A stretch of DNA of 64,000 nt. It comes from Lingula anatina (taxonomy: Eukaryota > Animalia > Brachiopoda). Below the pieces are notes generated by a model. It worked only from the letters and a program-made list of their open reading frames with translations. It was not told the origin of the DNA and made no database searches. Position numbers and translations under genes: made by a program. Below are positions 63,749 to 64,000 of the stretch, piece after piece. The stretch is from positions 12,214,001 to 12,278,000 of the forward strand of contig CM120640.1 in the NCBI GenBank assembly GCA_051362555.1, written 5' to 3'. Each line of letters begins with the position of its first letter. Within the stretch, counting starts at the first letter, position 1.

Positions 63749-64000
63749 CGGACATTTGGACCAGCAGTATTAAAAAATTTGTCGGACCAAATGGATTTTT
63801 GTCGGACCGAAAATCAGACAGATACTACCAGTACGATAAGGTAGCTTACTTTTTTTGTGAATGTGACATGTTTGAAATAGGGGGAAATGCTTTGGGTTTT
63901 ATATAATTTTATTAGTGAAGTATGTCGAATGATGACTGTAAATTCTTAAAACTCTTGTTGGTCCTGTGGACCGACCAAGTCAAATTTTTTACTGGTCCAG
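63749..64000. repeat. GGACC-motif-rich region, likely subterminal part of a DNA transposon truncated by window end
   Basis: Repeated ggacc/ggtcc and gtcggacc motifs in both orientations; no partner terminus visible in window. Confidence 0.35.

Overview
AT-rich, intron-rich animal (invertebrate, plausibly lophotrochozoan/mollusc-like; inferred, not proven) genomic DNA; most ORF-track entries are exon read-throughs or spurious. I reconstructed four genes by hand from GT-AG boundaries and frame continuity: (1) a prenylcysteine oxidase (PCYOX1-like, +, 5 exons in window, ends in KTEL, first exon not found); (2) a single-coding-exon 1274-aa low-complexity protein (-) with clustered short chromatin-cofactor motifs; (3) a ~35-exon molybdo-flavoenzyme (+) of aldehyde-oxidase type, head-to-head with gene 2 across a CpG-rich promoter, and possibly carrying an N-terminal CxxC-x13-CxxC zinc-ribbon extension; (4) a 16-coding-exon rabphilin (-), whose stop codon is followed directly by a 62-codon in-frame ORF. 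Introns and intergenic DNA hold several non-autonomous DNA transposon families (long-arm PIF/Harbinger-like MITEs with 3-bp TSDs, CAGG-ended MITEs with 5- and ~7-bp TSDs, TTAA Kolobok-like elements) and a ~2.9-kb Helentron/HINE-like element carrying a 161-bp tandem satellite and nested insertions. No CRISPR, rRNA or tRNA genes and no autonomous transposase were seen. There is no clearly new system; the best novelty candidates are the zinc-ribbon aldehyde oxidase, the orphan motif-rich protein and the rabphilin read-through ORF.
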